Shown here in pieces: positions 40,992-51,870 of a stretch of 64,000 nt of DNA. The translations under genes were made by a program, and so were the position numbers. How positions within the stretch are numbered: position 1 is the stretch's first letter; the number at the start of each line of letters is the position of its first letter. The notes below the pieces were generated by a model. The model worked only from the letters and a program-made list of their open reading frames with translations, did not search any database and was not told the origin of the DNA. The stretch comes from Rhodanobacteraceae bacterium (lineage in GTDB: Bacteria > Pseudomonadota > Gammaproteobacteria > Xanthomonadales > Ahniellaceae). The stretch covers positions 249,680-313,679 of the forward strand of contig JADJFT010000001.1 of NCBI GenBank assembly GCA_016708465.1, read 5' to 3'.

Positions 40992-42188
40992 TCAGACCCG
41001 CTCGAAGATGCCGGCTGCGCCCATGCCGGTGCCGATACACATGGTGACCATGCCGTATTTCTGTTGGCGACGCTGCAGACCATGCAACAACGTAGCCACA
41101 CGGATCGCACCGGTTGCGCCGAGCGGGTGGCCGAGTGCGATGGCACCGCCGAGTGGGTTGATTTTCGTCGGGTCAAGACCGAGGTCGTGGATCACCGCCA
41201 GCGCCTGCGCCGCAAAGGCTTCGTTGAGTTCGATCCAGTCCAGATCCTTCTGCGATATGCCGGCCTGCTTGCAGGCTTTCGGGATTGCTGCCTTGGGGCC
41301 GATGCCCATAATTTCCGGCGGCACCCCGGCGACGGCAAACGAGACGAACCGGGCCAGCGGCGTCAAATTGAATTCCTTGATCGCTTTCTCGCTAGCGAGC
41401 AGCACGGCACCGGCACCGTCCGACATTTGCGAACTGTTGCCCGCAGTGACCGAACCACCGGCACGGAACACCGTTTTCAAGCTTCCGAGCGCTTCCAGCG
41501 TCGTATCGGCGCGCGGACCTTCATCTTGCGTGATGACCTTGCGAACGATGCGCACGTCGCGCTTGTCGAGATCGGGTAGGCGATCATCGATATCGTAAGG
41601 CAGGATTTCGGTCGCGAATTCACCGGCAGCGATCGCCGCTGCCGCTTTTTGATGGCTCGCTAGGGCGAACTGGTCCTGCGCGTCGCGCGTGACCTTCCAT
41701 TGCTCGGCCACCTTCTCGGCAGTAATGCCCATGCCGTAGGCAATCGCAATGTTCTCGTTGTCGAACACCGCAGGATTCATTGCGATCTTGTGCCCCATCA
41801 TCGGAATCATGCTCATCGACTCGGTGCCGGCAGCAATCATCAGGTCGGCTTCACCGAGCCGGATGCGATCGGCCGCGAGCGCAACGGCCTGCACGCCCGA
41901 GGAACAAAAACGGTTGATGGTCATCGCACCGATTGAGTTCGATAGGCCGGCAAGCAGCATGCCGATGCGCGCGATATTCATGCCTTGCTCGGCTTCCGGC
42001 ATGGCGCAGCCGACGATGATGTCATCGATACGCGTGCGGTCGAGTTGTGGCAGTGGATCAAGGATGCCGCGCAGACAGTGCGCAAGCAGATCGTCTGGGC
42101 GAGTGTGCTTGAACACACCACGTGGTGCTTTGCCGACCGCCGTACGATTGGCGGCGACGATGTAGCAATCCTGAGCTTGCTTGGACAT
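40992..42188 (-). CDS. fadA: Acetyl-CoA C-acyltransferase (3-ketoacyl-CoA thiolase).
   Basis: 398 aa. Active-site regions NRFCSSGVQAV, ...NEAFAAQ..., GGAIALGHPLGATG and CIGTGMG. Confidence 0.95.
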   Translation of the reverse strand: MSKQAQDCYIVAANRTAVGKAPRGVFKHTRPDDLLAHCLRGILDPLPQLDRTRIDDIIVGCAMPEAEQGMNIARIGMLLAGLSNSIGAMTINRFCSSGVQAVALAADRIRLGEADLMIAAGTESMSMIPMMGHKIAMNPAVFDNENIAIAYGMGITAEKVAEQWKVTRDAQDQFALASHQKAAAAIAAGEFATEILPYDIDDRLPDLDKRDVRIVRKVITQDEGPRADTTLEALGSLKTVFRAGGSVTAGNSSQMSDGAGAVLLASEKAIKEFNLTPLARFVSFAVAGVPPEIMGIGPKAAIPKACKQAGISQKDLDWIELNEAFAAQALAVIHDLGLDPTKINPLGGAIALGHPLGATGAIRVATLLHGLQRRQQKYGMVTMCIGTGMGAAGIFERV

Positions 42189-42208
42189 GAGATTCTCCGA
42201 ATGCCTGA

Positions 42209-44584
42209 TCAGTTACGCAGCGGCTTGCCGGTCTTGAGTGTGTGCAGAATGCGTTCCTGCGTCTTCGGCATTTGCGCTAGCGCGACGAAATGCTTGCGTT
42301 CGAGGTCGAGCAGCCATTGCTCATCAACGGCGGAACCGCGTTCGATTTCGCCGCCGCACAGCGTGTCCGCGATGCGCCGACCAATCTCGGCATCGTGCTC
42401 GGAAATGAAGCGACCCTCGAGCATGTTCACCAGCATCATCCGCAGCGATGCGGTGCCGGTATCGCCGGCGACCGGGATCGAGCGCGCCGGCAGCGGCGGG
42501 CGATAGCCGGAGTCGGCCAATGCACGTGCTTCGTTCTTCGCGACGTAAAGTAGTTCGTGGTTATTGAACACAATGACGTCGGAACTGCGCAACAGACCCA
42601 ATTCCACCGCTTCGAGCGCAGAACCGGACACGGTCGCCATGGCGACGGCTTGGAAGGCGCGTTGTAGAAACGGGAAAACATCACCGCCCTCGGCTTTCTG
42701 GGCGCAGCGCACGGCGAGTTCCTTCAGACCACCTCCGGCTGGCAGCAGACCGACGCCGGCCTCAACCAGTCCGATGTAACTCTCGAGTGCCGCCACCGTG
42801 CGTGCAGCATGCATCTGCAGTTCGCAGCCACCGCCGAGCGCCATGCCGCGTACCGCACAAACCACCGGGACCAATGACTGCTTGACGCGCATCGAGGTTT
42901 GCTGAAAGTGGTCGATCATCGCGTCGAACTCGGCCAGCTTGCCGGCTTGCAGTGTCGCCATCGCCCCGGTCAGGTCGGCACCGGCGCTGAATGGCTCGCC
43001 ATGCTGCCAAATCACCAGACCCTTGAAGCCACGTTCGGCTTCATCGACAGCGCGCTGGATCGCATCGATCACGCCACTGCCAATCGTGTTCATTTTGGTC
43101 TTGAAGCTCAGGATCGCGATGTCGTCACCCTGATGCCACATGCGCGCGTCGGCAGTATCGAATACGGCAGTGCCCGGATGCGGCAATTCGCCCAACAATG
43201 GATCCGGAAACAACTGGCGTTGATAGACCGCGGCCTTGCTCCGTGAACGATAGGTGTTGTCGCGCGGTGCATACGAGCCATGCGACGCGTGCACGCCGGC
43301 ACGGGTTGGATCGACCACCCATTTCGGCAAGGCTGCACTGGACATGGCTTTGCCGGCATCGATATCTGCCTGGATCCATTCTGCAATCTGTTTCCAGCCG
43401 GCCGCTTGCCAAGTTTCGAACGGACCCTGCGTCCAGCCATAGCCCCAGCGGATCGCGAAGTCGACATCGCGAGCGTTATCGGCGATCGCTTCCAAGTGAT
43501 ACGCGGTGTAGTGGAACAGGTCGCGGAAACAAGCCCACAAGAACTGCGCCTGTGGCTCTGCGGACTGGCGTAGTGCCGCCAACTTTTCCGCTGGATTCTT
43601 GATCTTTAGAATCGCCTCGACCTCGGGCACCACTTTGCCGCTTTGAGCGGCATACGCGCCTTGGGCGAGATCGATCATCTGGATGTCTTTGCCGACCTTC
43701 TTGAAAATGCCGGCGCCGGCTTTCTGGCCAAGCGCACCTTTTTCGATCAACGCTTTCAGCCATGCGGGCGCTGCGAAATGGGCACGCCAAGGATCGTCCG
43801 GCAACGTATCCGCCATGGTCTTGATGACATGCGCCATGGTGTCAAGTCCGACCACGTCAGCGGTGCGATACGTTGCCGATTTCGGACGCCCGATCGCAGG
43901 GCCGGTGAGGGCGTCGACGACATCGAACCCGAGTCCAAATTTTTCTGTGTGGTACATCGTTGCCAACATCGAAAACACACCGATGCGGTTGCCGATGAAG
44001 TTCGGCGTGTCCTTAGCTCGCACGACGCCTTTGCCGAGCGTCGTCGTCAGGAACGATTCCAGTGCATCGAGAATGGCTGGCGCCGTCGCCCGGATTGGAA
44101 TCAACTCGACCAAGTGCATGTAGCGCGGTGGATTGAAGAAATGCACACCGCAAAAACGTTCGTGGCGCTCGGCCGGCAGGCCTTCAGCAAGTTGGTGGAT
44201 CGGTAGTCCCGAGGTATTGCTGGCGATCACCGCGTCGTCTTTTAGATGCGGCAAGATCTTGCGATACAAGTCGTGCTTCCAGTCCATGCGCTCGGCAATT
44301 GCCTCGATCACCAAGTCGCAGTGCGCGAGCAGGGGCAGGTGCTGTTCGTAGTTCGCCGGAATGATTTCTCTGGTTTTCGTCTTCACTGCCAGCGGCGTCG
44401 GGCTGAGCTTGCCAAGATTGGCGATCGCCTTGGTGACAATCCCGTTCGGATCACCATCCTTCGCGGGCAAGTCGAACAACAAGACTTCGACATTGGCATT
44501 GGCGAGGTGCGCAGCGATCTGCGCGCCCATCACGCCGGCGCCGAGCACGGCGGCCCGACGAATTCGGAGCGTTGCGTCAGTCAT
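42209..44584 (-). CDS. Bifunctional 3-hydroxyacyl-CoA dehydrogenase / enoyl-CoA hydratase (FadN-type order).
   Basis: 791 aa. N-terminal Rossmann fold AAVLGAGVMGAQIAAHLA, HFFNPP, and a C-terminal crotonase segment EPFSAGADL. Confidence 0.95.
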   Translation of the reverse strand: MTDATLRIRRAAVLGAGVMGAQIAAHLANANVEVLLFDLPAKDGDPNGIVTKAIANLGKLSPTPLAVKTKTREIIPANYEQHLPLLAHCDLVIEAIAERMDWKHDLYRKILPHLKDDAVIASNTSGLPIHQLAEGLPAERHERFCGVHFFNPPRYMHLVELIPIRATAPAILDALESFLTTTLGKGVVRAKDTPNFIGNRIGVFSMLATMYHTEKFGLGFDVVDALTGPAIGRPKSATYRTADVVGLDTMAHVIKTMADTLPDDPWRAHFAAPAWLKALIEKGALGQKAGAGIFKKVGKDIQMIDLAQGAYAAQSGKVVPEVEAILKIKNPAEKLAALRQSAEPQAQFLWACFRDLFHYTAYHLEAIADNARDVDFAIRWGYGWTQGPFETWQAAGWKQIAEWIQADIDAGKAMSSAALPKWVVDPTRAGVHASHGSYAPRDNTYRSRSKAAVYQRQLFPDPLLGELPHPGTAVFDTADARMWHQGDDIAILSFKTKMNTIGSGVIDAIQRAVDEAERGFKGLVIWQHGEPFSAGADLTGAMATLQAGKLAEFDAMIDHFQQTSMRVKQSLVPVVCAVRGMALGGGCELQMHAARTVAALESYIGLVEAGVGLLPAGGGLKELAVRCAQKAEGGDVFPFLQRAFQAVAMATVSGSALEAVELGLLRSSDVIVFNNHELLYVAKNEARALADSGYRPPLPARSIPVAGDTGTASLRMMLVNMLEGRFISEHDAEIGRRIADTLCGGEIERGSAVDEQWLLDLERKHFVALAQMPKTQERILHTLKTGKPLRN

Positions 44585-44608
44585 AAGGGTATCCGGTGGG
44601 GGAGGGAA

Positions 44609-45229
44609 TCACGGTGCCCGCAGCCCGGCGGCTGCGAAACGGACGAAATGTTCGGCAGCAGTGCGTCGGTGCTGCTCGTCGGTGATGCCGACGGGCTTCT
44701 TGATCATGCCGAAATCGGACATCGCATAGGTGAGTGCGCCGCTGACGAAATCGAGGCGCCAATACAACGCGTCTTTCGATAAATGCGGAAGTAGATGCGC
44801 GATAACTTTTGCGAATTCCTTGAGCACGTGACCGTAGTTATCGGACACGAAGCGGCGCAGACGTTGGTCATGTTCGGCGAACGCATGCGCCAACAAGCGC
44901 ACGAAGGACGATCCGCCACCGCGATCGGAGGCAAGTGACAGCGCCGGCTGCACGAATGCCTCAAGTACTGATTCGAGTGTCGGTTGACGCGTGCTTTTGA
45001 CCTTGTCGAGCGCCGCCATTCGTGCGCCAGTGAGATCGTCGAGACGACGCTTGAACAACTCGTTGATCAAGTTTTCTTTGGAGCCGAAGTGATAGTTCAC
45101 TGCAGCCAAATTGACGTTGGCAGCCGACGTCACCTGGCGTAGCGACGCGCCGGCGAAACCGGACTTCGCAAACAGGTCTTCGGCGGCGCTGAGGATGCGT
45201 TCTTTGGTCGAGAAATGGGGATTAATCAC
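44609..45229 (-). CDS. TetR/AcrR-family transcriptional regulator, first gene of the beta-oxidation operon.
   Basis: ERILSAAEDLFAKSGFAGASLRQVTSAANVNLAAVNYHFGSKE (HTH). Confidence 0.9.
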   Translation of the reverse strand: MINPHFSTKERILSAAEDLFAKSGFAGASLRQVTSAANVNLAAVNYHFGSKENLINELFKRRLDDLTGARMAALDKVKSTRQPTLESVLEAFVQPALSLASDRGGGSSFVRLLAHAFAEHDQRLRRFVSDNYGHVLKEFAKVIAHLLPHLSKDALYWRLDFVSGALTYAMSDFGMIKKPVGITDEQHRRTAAEHFVRFAAAGLRAP

Positions 45230-45339
45230 GGAGGAGTGCCTGGTCGACAGAGGAAAAGCGGGGCCAGGAAGTCGATGCGTGCAGCTCGCTCGAACGCTTC
45301 AAACAGGCGTTCGAATACTAGCGACGGAGTGGCTATGCG

Positions 45340-46983
45340 TCAACCTTGGAAAGCTTTGTCGCGCCGCAGTTGCTTCAGCAATCGCGGCAGGTCGCTAAGC
45401 ATGTCCATCGGGGCTGGCGTACGGCCGCTGATTCGATAACTGGCGCTGGATTGGGTCTGCAATTCCGTCATCGCTGGCGTAGCAACCGAAACAGCGTGGC
45501 GCAACGTTTGCGCGAGTCCGGGCACGCCCAGCCGAGCCGCAATTGCATCGATGAGGTTCAGCATCTCTGGCGTTAGCGTGTCGCTCCGACCCGAGTAACG
45601 GATCTCGCCGCTGAGGTGCATCTCGATTTCGTTCGCGGCGACGATCATCAAGACCTCGGCGGCGGGCGTCGTGAGTTCGCCGAGCCTATCCAGGCGATGT
45701 GCTGCGGCCGAGGATTCATGCAGCGTGTAATCATGTACCAGTCGTTCGACCGGGCTATCGCGGCCACCAAGCAGGACTTCGATTTGGGTGATTGCCGCCT
45801 GTGGTCCGGCGTCGATCGGCGGACAATGCGTGTACAACGCGTGCAACAGCCCGGCCGCGACCACCTGAATGCGCAAGCGGTAGCGCAACAGGATGCCCGC
45901 AGTACCAATGAGGTGATTCAGAAATGGTCGTCCGCATGGCCGGTAACCAGCGTTCATCACCATCTGCGCGCGTGCACACGCATTGGACAGGCTAATCAGG
46001 TCGGCCGCGGAGTATCCGAGTTGCTGGGCGAGATCGAGCAGTTCCGAACGTGTATGCACCAATTCCCGTGGATGCATCGGTTCGAGCAATTCCGACAATG
46101 ACTGCGCCGACGGCCGAACCGGATCGACCCGTGACACGTGATGTTCGAGAAACGAACGGACGCCGCCAAAGGAGCGGGCGTCGTCAATGACGTTCCATTT
46201 CTGCGCGAACGCAGCGATGCTGGCCTCAGCCTCACGCAAATTCCAACGCGAGCGCAGCAATGGCAAATCGTCGAGGGTGTAGGGCGCGAACGCGAGGTAG
46301 GTCAAGCGTGCGGCCGGTTCGAACCAGCATTCGAAGCCGAGTTCGCGCGCGACCAAGGCGGTGTCGATGTGTTCGTGTACGCAACTGATCGCGGGATCGA
46401 ACATGCGCGAATCGTCGAGCAGTTCGCGTCGAATCAACATGCCATGGAATTCAGCGAAGTCGCAGCGGCGTCGTTCCAGAACTTCGTGCTCCGGGTCGGC
46501 ATTCATCAAGTAATGAGACTCGTCAAGCACGCGACGCTCGGATTCCGCATGTTCAATGATGAGTCCACCAGCCATATGGATGCGGGGACGGCGGATGCCG
46601 TCACTCCACAAGTACAACGGTGCGACGATGCCGGCACCAGTCTCGTCGGCGCAGCGAACCAAGGCATCCAACCAACCCGGTTCGACGGTCACATCGTTAT
46701 CGAGAAACATCACAAAGTCGCCGATGACGTCACCGACGATGCGGCGTCGTGCAACTTGCGGCCACATGGGTTCATCGAAACAATGCAACTCGAATTGGCC
46801 AGCCTCGGCCCGCGCTCTCAGTTCGGCGCGCAATTGACTCGGTGATTGCACGTCGAGATAGAGGAATTGAAACGGCTGTGAGGTATTCGCGAGCACGCTG
46901 TCGATTGCGGACAGCGTGAGCGCGTGCCGTTCGCGCACTGTCATCACCACAGTGACCCGACATGAGGCGGGCGATTCACTCAT
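45340..46983 (-). CDS. Fusion protein: family-2 glycosyltransferase (GT-A) N-domain plus HD-like helical C-domain.
   Basis: 547 aa. [22 protein letters not shown]... and FLDNDV (DxD) in the N-half. [15 protein letters not shown]....[11 protein letters not shown] in the C-half resembles the HD-phosphohydrolase helix pair but lacks the Asp. The start overlaps the ppsA stop by 8 nt (ATGAGTGA). Confidence 0.75.
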   Translation of the reverse strand: MSESPASCRVTVVMTVRERHALTLSAIDSVLANTSQPFQFLYLDVQSPSQLRAELRARAEAGQFELHCFDEPMWPQVARRRIVGDVIGDFVMFLDNDVTVEPGWLDALVRCADETGAGIVAPLYLWSDGIRRPRIHMAGGLIIEHAESERRVLDESHYLMNADPEHEVLERRRCDFAEFHGMLIRRELLDDSRMFDPAISCVHEHIDTALVARELGFECWFEPAARLTYLAFAPYTLDDLPLLRSRWNLREAEASIAAFAQKWNVIDDARSFGGVRSFLEHHVSRVDPVRPSAQSLSELLEPMHPRELVHTRSELLDLAQQLGYSAADLISLSNACARAQMVMNAGYRPCGRPFLNHLIGTAGILLRYRLRIQVVAAGLLHALYTHCPPIDAGPQAAITQIEVLLGGRDSPVERLVHDYTLHESSAAAHRLDRLGELTTPAAEVLMIVAANEIEMHLSGEIRYSGRSDTLTPEMLNLIDAIAARLGVPGLAQTLRHAVSVATPAMTELQTQSSASYRISGRTPAPMDMLSDLPRLLKQLRRDKAFQG

Positions 46984-49386
46984 GCCCGGTTCCGCCCTTG
47001 CGATGCTTGGCGAGGCGCAACCAGGTATCGACCACCGTATCCGGATTCAGTGATACCGACTCAATACCCTGATCCATCAGCCATTCGGCGAGATCGGGGT
47101 GGTCGCTGGGTCCCTGGCCGCAGATGCCAATGTACTTGCCACGCGCGCGGCAGGCTTGAATGGCCATCGACAACAGCGCCTTGACCGCGCCATCACGCTC
47201 GTCGAACAGATCAGCGACCAGCGCCGAGTCCCGGTCAATACCGAGCGTGAGCTGGGTCAGGTCGTTCGAGCCAATCGAGAAGCCATCGAAATAATCGAGG
47301 AACTGGTCAGCGAGCAATGCATTCGACGGCAGTTCACACATCATGATCAGCTTAAGCTCGTCCTTGCCGCGTTCGAGCCCGTTCCTTGCCAGCACTTCAA
47401 CGACGCGCCGAGCTTCATCGACGGTACGCACGAACGGAATCATGACCCAGGCATTGGTCAGACCCATTTCTTCGCGCACCTTTTTCATGGCACGGCATTC
47501 CAGCGCGAAGCAGTCGGCAAAGTCGGCCGACACATAACGGCTGGCACCGCGGAAACCGATCATCGGATTCTCTTCATGCGGTTCGTAACGCTTGCCGCCG
47601 ATCAGGTTCGCATACTCATTCGACTTGAAATCTGAAAGACGCACGATCACCGGATTGGGCGCAAAGGCCGCAGTTAAGGTGGCGATGCCTTCGGCAAGGC
47701 GGTCGATGTAGAACTGAACCGGATCGGCATATCCGGCCATCCGCGCGTCAATCAATTTCTTTGTTGCGGCGTCTTGGTGGGCATAGTTCAACAATGCCTT
47801 CGGATGCACGCCGATGTGACTATTGATGATCATTTCGAGACGGGCGAGGCCGACGCCAGCATTCGGCAATTGCGCGAAGTCGAAGGCACGTTCGGGATTC
47901 GCAACGTTCATCATGATCTTCAGTGGCGCTGGCGGCATCTGGTCGAGATCAGCGGTGATGCGTTCAAATGCGAGTTGGCCGTCATAGATGAAGCCAGTGT
48001 CACCTTCGGCGCAGGACACCGTGACATCGTGTCCGTCGGGAATGGAGTCGATCGCGTTGCCGCAACCAACGACTGCCGGCACACCCAATTCGCGCGCGAT
48101 GATTGCCGCATGACAGGTGCGGCCGCCGCGGTTGGTCACGATCGCAGAAGCGCGCTTCATGATCGGCTCCCAATCCGGATCGGTCATGTCGGCGACCAGT
48201 ACATCGCCGGGCTGCAGCTTATTCATTTCGCTGATCGAGCGAATCACACGCGCTTTGCCGGCGCCAATTTTGTGACCGATCGAACGCCCTTCGCATAGCA
48301 ATGGGCCCTTGCCGCTGAGGTGGAAACGCTCGAGTTGCGTGGCACGATCGCGTGATTTCACCGTTTCTGGCCGCGCTTGCACGATGAACAACTTGCCGGT
48401 GATGCCGTCCTTCGCCCATTCCACATCCATCGGGCGCCCATAATGTTGCTCGATCACCAGCGCCTGTTTCGACAATTCCTGCACATCGGCATCGGAGATC
48501 GAGAAGCGGTTCTGCAACTCCAATGGCGTGGCCTCCGTCAACACGCGCTCGCCAGGCTGGTTCGAATAGACCATGCGAATCTGCTTTGAACCGAGTTGGC
48601 GGCGCAGGATGGCGGGTTTACCTGCGCGCAGCGTGGGTTTGTAGACGTAGAACTCGTCCGGATTGACTGCGCCTTGCACCACAGTTTCGCCGAGGCCATA
48701 ACTCGCGGTCACGAATACGGCATCGCGGAAACCGGATTCAGTATCGAGCGTGAACAACACACCGGAAGCGCCGATGTCCGAGCGCACCATCAATTGCACA
48801 CCCGCCGACAGCGCAACGTCTTCATGCTTGAAGCCGTGATGCACGCGGTAGGTGATCGCACGATCGTTGTAGAGCGAAGCGAAAACTTGCTTAACCCGAA
48901 GAAGCACATCGTCGATACCGACGACATTCAGATAGGTTTCCTGCTGTCCTGCGAATGATGCGTCGGGCAGGTCCTCCGCCGTGGCCGATGAGCGCACGGC
49001 GACGCTCACGTCAGCCGTGCGTCCGGAGCCTACTGAAGCGCTATTGTCGGTACAGAGCTGGTCGTAGGCCGCACGGATCGCGGCATCAAGTTGTGCTGTC
49101 AGTGGGGTATCGATGACCCAACCACGAATCTCGGCACCTGCCTTCGCGAGTGCATCGACATCTTCCGTGTCCAGCGTCGCCAACTTGGCGAAGATGCGTG
49201 CCTTGAGACCACTTTTTGATCCAAGAACTCACGGAACGCATGCGCCGTGGTCGCGAAGCCGCCAGGAACCGACACACCAAGCGCGGTTAGGTGGCCGATC
49301 ATTTCACCGAGCGACGCATTCTTTCCTCCGACTTGTGCAAGATCGGACAGACGCAAACGATCGAGCCAAAGCACGTGGTCGGTCAT
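46976..49386 (-). pseudogene. ppsA: Phosphoenolpyruvate synthase with a 1-nt deletion in an A/T run.
   Basis: MTDHVLWLDRLRLSDLAQVGGKNASLGEM... (ORF 49099-49386) continues in ORF 46976-49183 (...[21 protein letters not shown]..., ...SIGSNDLTQ...). The T5 run at 49213-49217 is one base short; restoring it gives [24 protein letters not shown]. Confidence 0.95.
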
Positions 49387-49520
49387 GGAATTCTCCGGAA
49401 GCGAGGGCGGGGCGCCGCAAAGCGGTGATTTTCAGTGATTGAAAGCGGACCAGCAAGCTTGCATGCACGACGCCGCCCTGCATTGCGTATGCTCAGCCAT
49501 CTCGCAGATGGGACAATTCG

Positions 49521-50336
49521 ATGGCGCGCAAGATTTTCTACATCTCGGACGGCACCGGCATCACCGCAGAGACGATTGGACACTCGGTGCTGACGCAGTT
49601 TGAAAGTGTGGCATTTGAGACCATGCGCATTCCGTTTGTCGACTCGTATGAGAAAGCGCTGGATGCGGCCGAGCGCGTGCGTGTCGGTGGTATCGAGTCT
49701 GGCTTGCGCCCGGTCGTCGTGAACACTGTCGTCGATTCCGATCTGACGCGCGTCCTCGCAGATAGTGGGGCATTGATGCTGGACGTGTTCGCACCGTTCA
49801 TCGCACCGCTGGAGCTGGAACTCGGCACCACGCGCCAGCCGCGCGTCGGCAAGGCACATGGTTTGGTCGACTTCGAACAATACGAGGCACGCATCAATGC
49901 GACCAACTACGCGTTGACGCACGATGATGGCATCGACTTCAACTACAACGACGCCGATGTCATCTTGGTCGGCGTATCGCGTTCGGGAAAGACGCCAACG
50001 TGTTTGTTCATGGCGCTGCATTTCGGTATCAAAGCGGCGAATTTTCCACTGACGCCGGACGATCTCGAGTTCGGTGAATTGCCGCGACGCCTAGCGATGC
50101 ATCGGCACAAACTATTTGCACTCACGATTGACCCGCTAAGGCTGCAACAAGTGCGCGAAGCACGCAAGCCAGGCAGTCGTTACGCGACTTTGGAACAGTG
50201 TCGACGCGAAGTCACCGAAGCCGAGAAGATGTTCCGGTGCGAACGACTTCCTCTGTTGAGTACCACGCATACCTCGATCGAGGAGATTGCGAGCAAGGTA
50301 CTGTCGGCGCTTGGCATCGAGCGACACCTGTTTTAA
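49521..50336 (+). CDS. ppsR: PEP synthase regulatory protein (bifunctional kinase/pyrophosphorylase).
   Basis: [27 protein letters not shown]... and the P-loop GVSRSGKTP. It lies divergent to ppsA. Confidence 0.9.
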   Translation: MARKIFYISDGTGITAETIGHSVLTQFESVAFETMRIPFVDSYEKALDAAERVRVGGIESGLRPVVVNTVVDSDLTRVLADSGALMLDVFAPFIAPLELELGTTRQPRVGKAHGLVDFEQYEARINATNYALTHDDGIDFNYNDADVILVGVSRSGKTPTCLFMALHFGIKAANFPLTPDDLEFGELPRRLAMHRHKLFALTIDPLRLQQVREARKPGSRYATLEQCRREVTEAEKMFRCERLPLLSTTHTSIEEIASKVLSALGIERHLF

Positions 50337-50428
50337 GGCGACAGTGCCGAGGCCGTGTTCCACTATACGCCGCATCGAAGCGTCTGTGCAGGCTGGTCGG
50401 ATCGGTGCGAATCGGTAACATCCAATGC

Positions 50429-50901
50429 ATGACTCCGAGCCTATTGCACACTGCCATCCAACGCCCGAGCCGCTTCGGCTATCTGATGGGCTTGTACGGT
50501 GCGAACTATTGGCAGCTCACGCGCATGTTCGGGCCGCGCGCGCTGGCACTCGGCCGCTATCGTTCGGCCGGATCAGTGGGGTTGCCAGTGATCGTTGACG
50601 TGCTGGAGCGCGCGCCGTTCACTACCGAGCTGCGCATCAGTTACGAACTGGTCGACGAGTTGACCGGACAGCCAGATCCATCGGCACACGTAAGATTGTT
50701 CAGCGACGCGCAATTGGCGGAAGTGACTGCCTGCTATTTCGGCTCGCGTCTGGAGGATGTGCTCGGACGCAGCGCCCTGCAGCGACGGTTTTTCGGCATC
50801 GGCTGCAGATGAATGCATTCTTCGCGAAGTAGCTGGACTACTTGGAACAATGCGGCCATTCGCGCTTCGGTCTGCACCTCACTGCCAGCTCGTCGAGTTG
50901 A
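50429..50901 (+). pseudogene. DUF1249 (YqiB-like) protein with a 1-nt deletion and an in-frame TAG.
   Basis: ATG 50429 gives MTPSLLHTAIQRPSRFGYLMGLYGANYWQL.... The main frame stops at 50812, but the -1 frame reads RHRLQMNAFFAK-TAG-LDYLEQCGH..., matching the DUF1249 C-terminal motif (H.iNqFLa.WL.Y.L..G). The T5 run at 50789-50793 is one base short. TAG at 50830-50832 sits where the conserved Trp (TGG) is expected. Confidence 0.7.
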
Positions 50902-50907
50902 AATGAA

Positions 50908-50929
50908 GAAGGCGCCGTGCGGCGCCTTC
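50908..50929. terminator. GC-rich hairpin between convergent genes, likely a bidirectional terminator.
   Basis: gaaggcgcc (50908-50916), loop gtgc, ggcgccttc (50921-50929). Confidence 0.5.
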
Positions 50930-50951
50930 CGATATCGCGTTGCGGCGAAAA

Positions 50952-51767
50952 TTACTTGTAACCGAAGAACCCTTCGAGGACTTTTTCGTCGCCATCGTAA
51001 TCGGCGCCGCTGGCGGCAATGAACTGTGTCACGCCAAGTTCTGCCAATACCTCGTAGGCGCCTTGATCCTCATGCAGCTTCAGCAACGCATCCTTGACGG
51101 CCTGCTTTGCTTCCGGCGGCACGGTCGGTGCGGCCGAAATCGCGGCACCTAGATACTCGGTCGAGGTCGCAATCGGAACGAGGTTAGGATACTGGTCCTT
51201 CAGCCAAGTCGGGACAATCGCTGCATCGGCTTCGCCGGCAAACACGATCTCGACACCATCGCGCCAGCTCTGTGCGGTCGACATCAGGTTAGGCTGACGC
51301 ACCGGGTCTGGGAATAGTTGCAACAACATTGCGAAGCCCATGCTCGGCGAGGGCATGGTCACGATGCCCTTGCCGATCAGGCCTTTCAATGTGGTGTTGG
51401 TCAGCTGATCGCTGCCGAGAATCGTGTAACTGGTGTTCTCGATCGTGCGAGCGATCGGCTCGAACTGAAATCGCTTGGCTCGGAAATCAGTGAAGTGCGC
51501 TTCGGCGAACATGAAGTCGACCGGCGCGTTCTGGCGCACATCACGCCAGAAGAAGTGGTAATTGCGCGAGGTCACCAAGGTGATCTTGTGCCCGGTGGCC
51601 TTGCTCAGATATTCCGCCAGCGGTTGGTAGACTTCGACCGCACGCTGCACGTTGTAGCTCGGTTCGACCAGCAACGTGTACTCCGCCGCAGCGGCACCTC
51701 CGGTAGTCGAAACGCCGAACAGCGCCAGCAACGCCACCTGCATGCCTTTGTGCAATATCCGATTCAT
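50952..51767 (-). CDS. PhnD-like phosphate/phosphonate ABC-type substrate-binding protein (orphan SBP).
   Basis: 271 aa with a signal peptide (VALLALFGVSTTGGAAAA) and a PBP type-2 pattern. No permease or ATPase genes are adjacent. Confidence 0.75.
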   Translation of the reverse strand: MNRILHKGMQVALLALFGVSTTGGAAAAEYTLLVEPSYNVQRAVEVYQPLAEYLSKATGHKITLVTSRNYHFFWRDVRQNAPVDFMFAEAHFTDFRAKRFQFEPIARTIENTSYTILGSDQLTNTTLKGLIGKGIVTMPSPSMGFAMLLQLFPDPVRQPNLMSTAQSWRDGVEIVFAGEADAAIVPTWLKDQYPNLVPIATSTEYLGAAISAAPTVPPEAKQAVKDALLKLHEDQGAYEVLAELGVTQFIAASGADYDGDEKVLEGFFGYK

Positions 51768-51870
51768 GGAGCCTCCCTCCTGATGGTCCTGCTATAGCAC
51801 TAATTTCCAATGCTGCCAACGCACTAAAGCAACGATTTGTATCGGTTTCTAGGTGGTGGCTTCGATCGCC

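Noticed and set aside
50830-50832. TAG read as a sense codon (pyrrolysine or suppressor) in the DUF1249 gene.
   Set aside because: Other genes in the window terminate normally at TAG (for example the PhzF-family gene, stop codon at 15444-15446). No pyl genes are visible. A point substitution or error is simpler.
50813-51022. 69-aa plus-strand ORF after the DUF1249 gene.
   Set aside because: It is the out-of-frame continuation of the DUF1249 tail. It also runs through the terminator hairpin and antisense into the PhnD-like gene.
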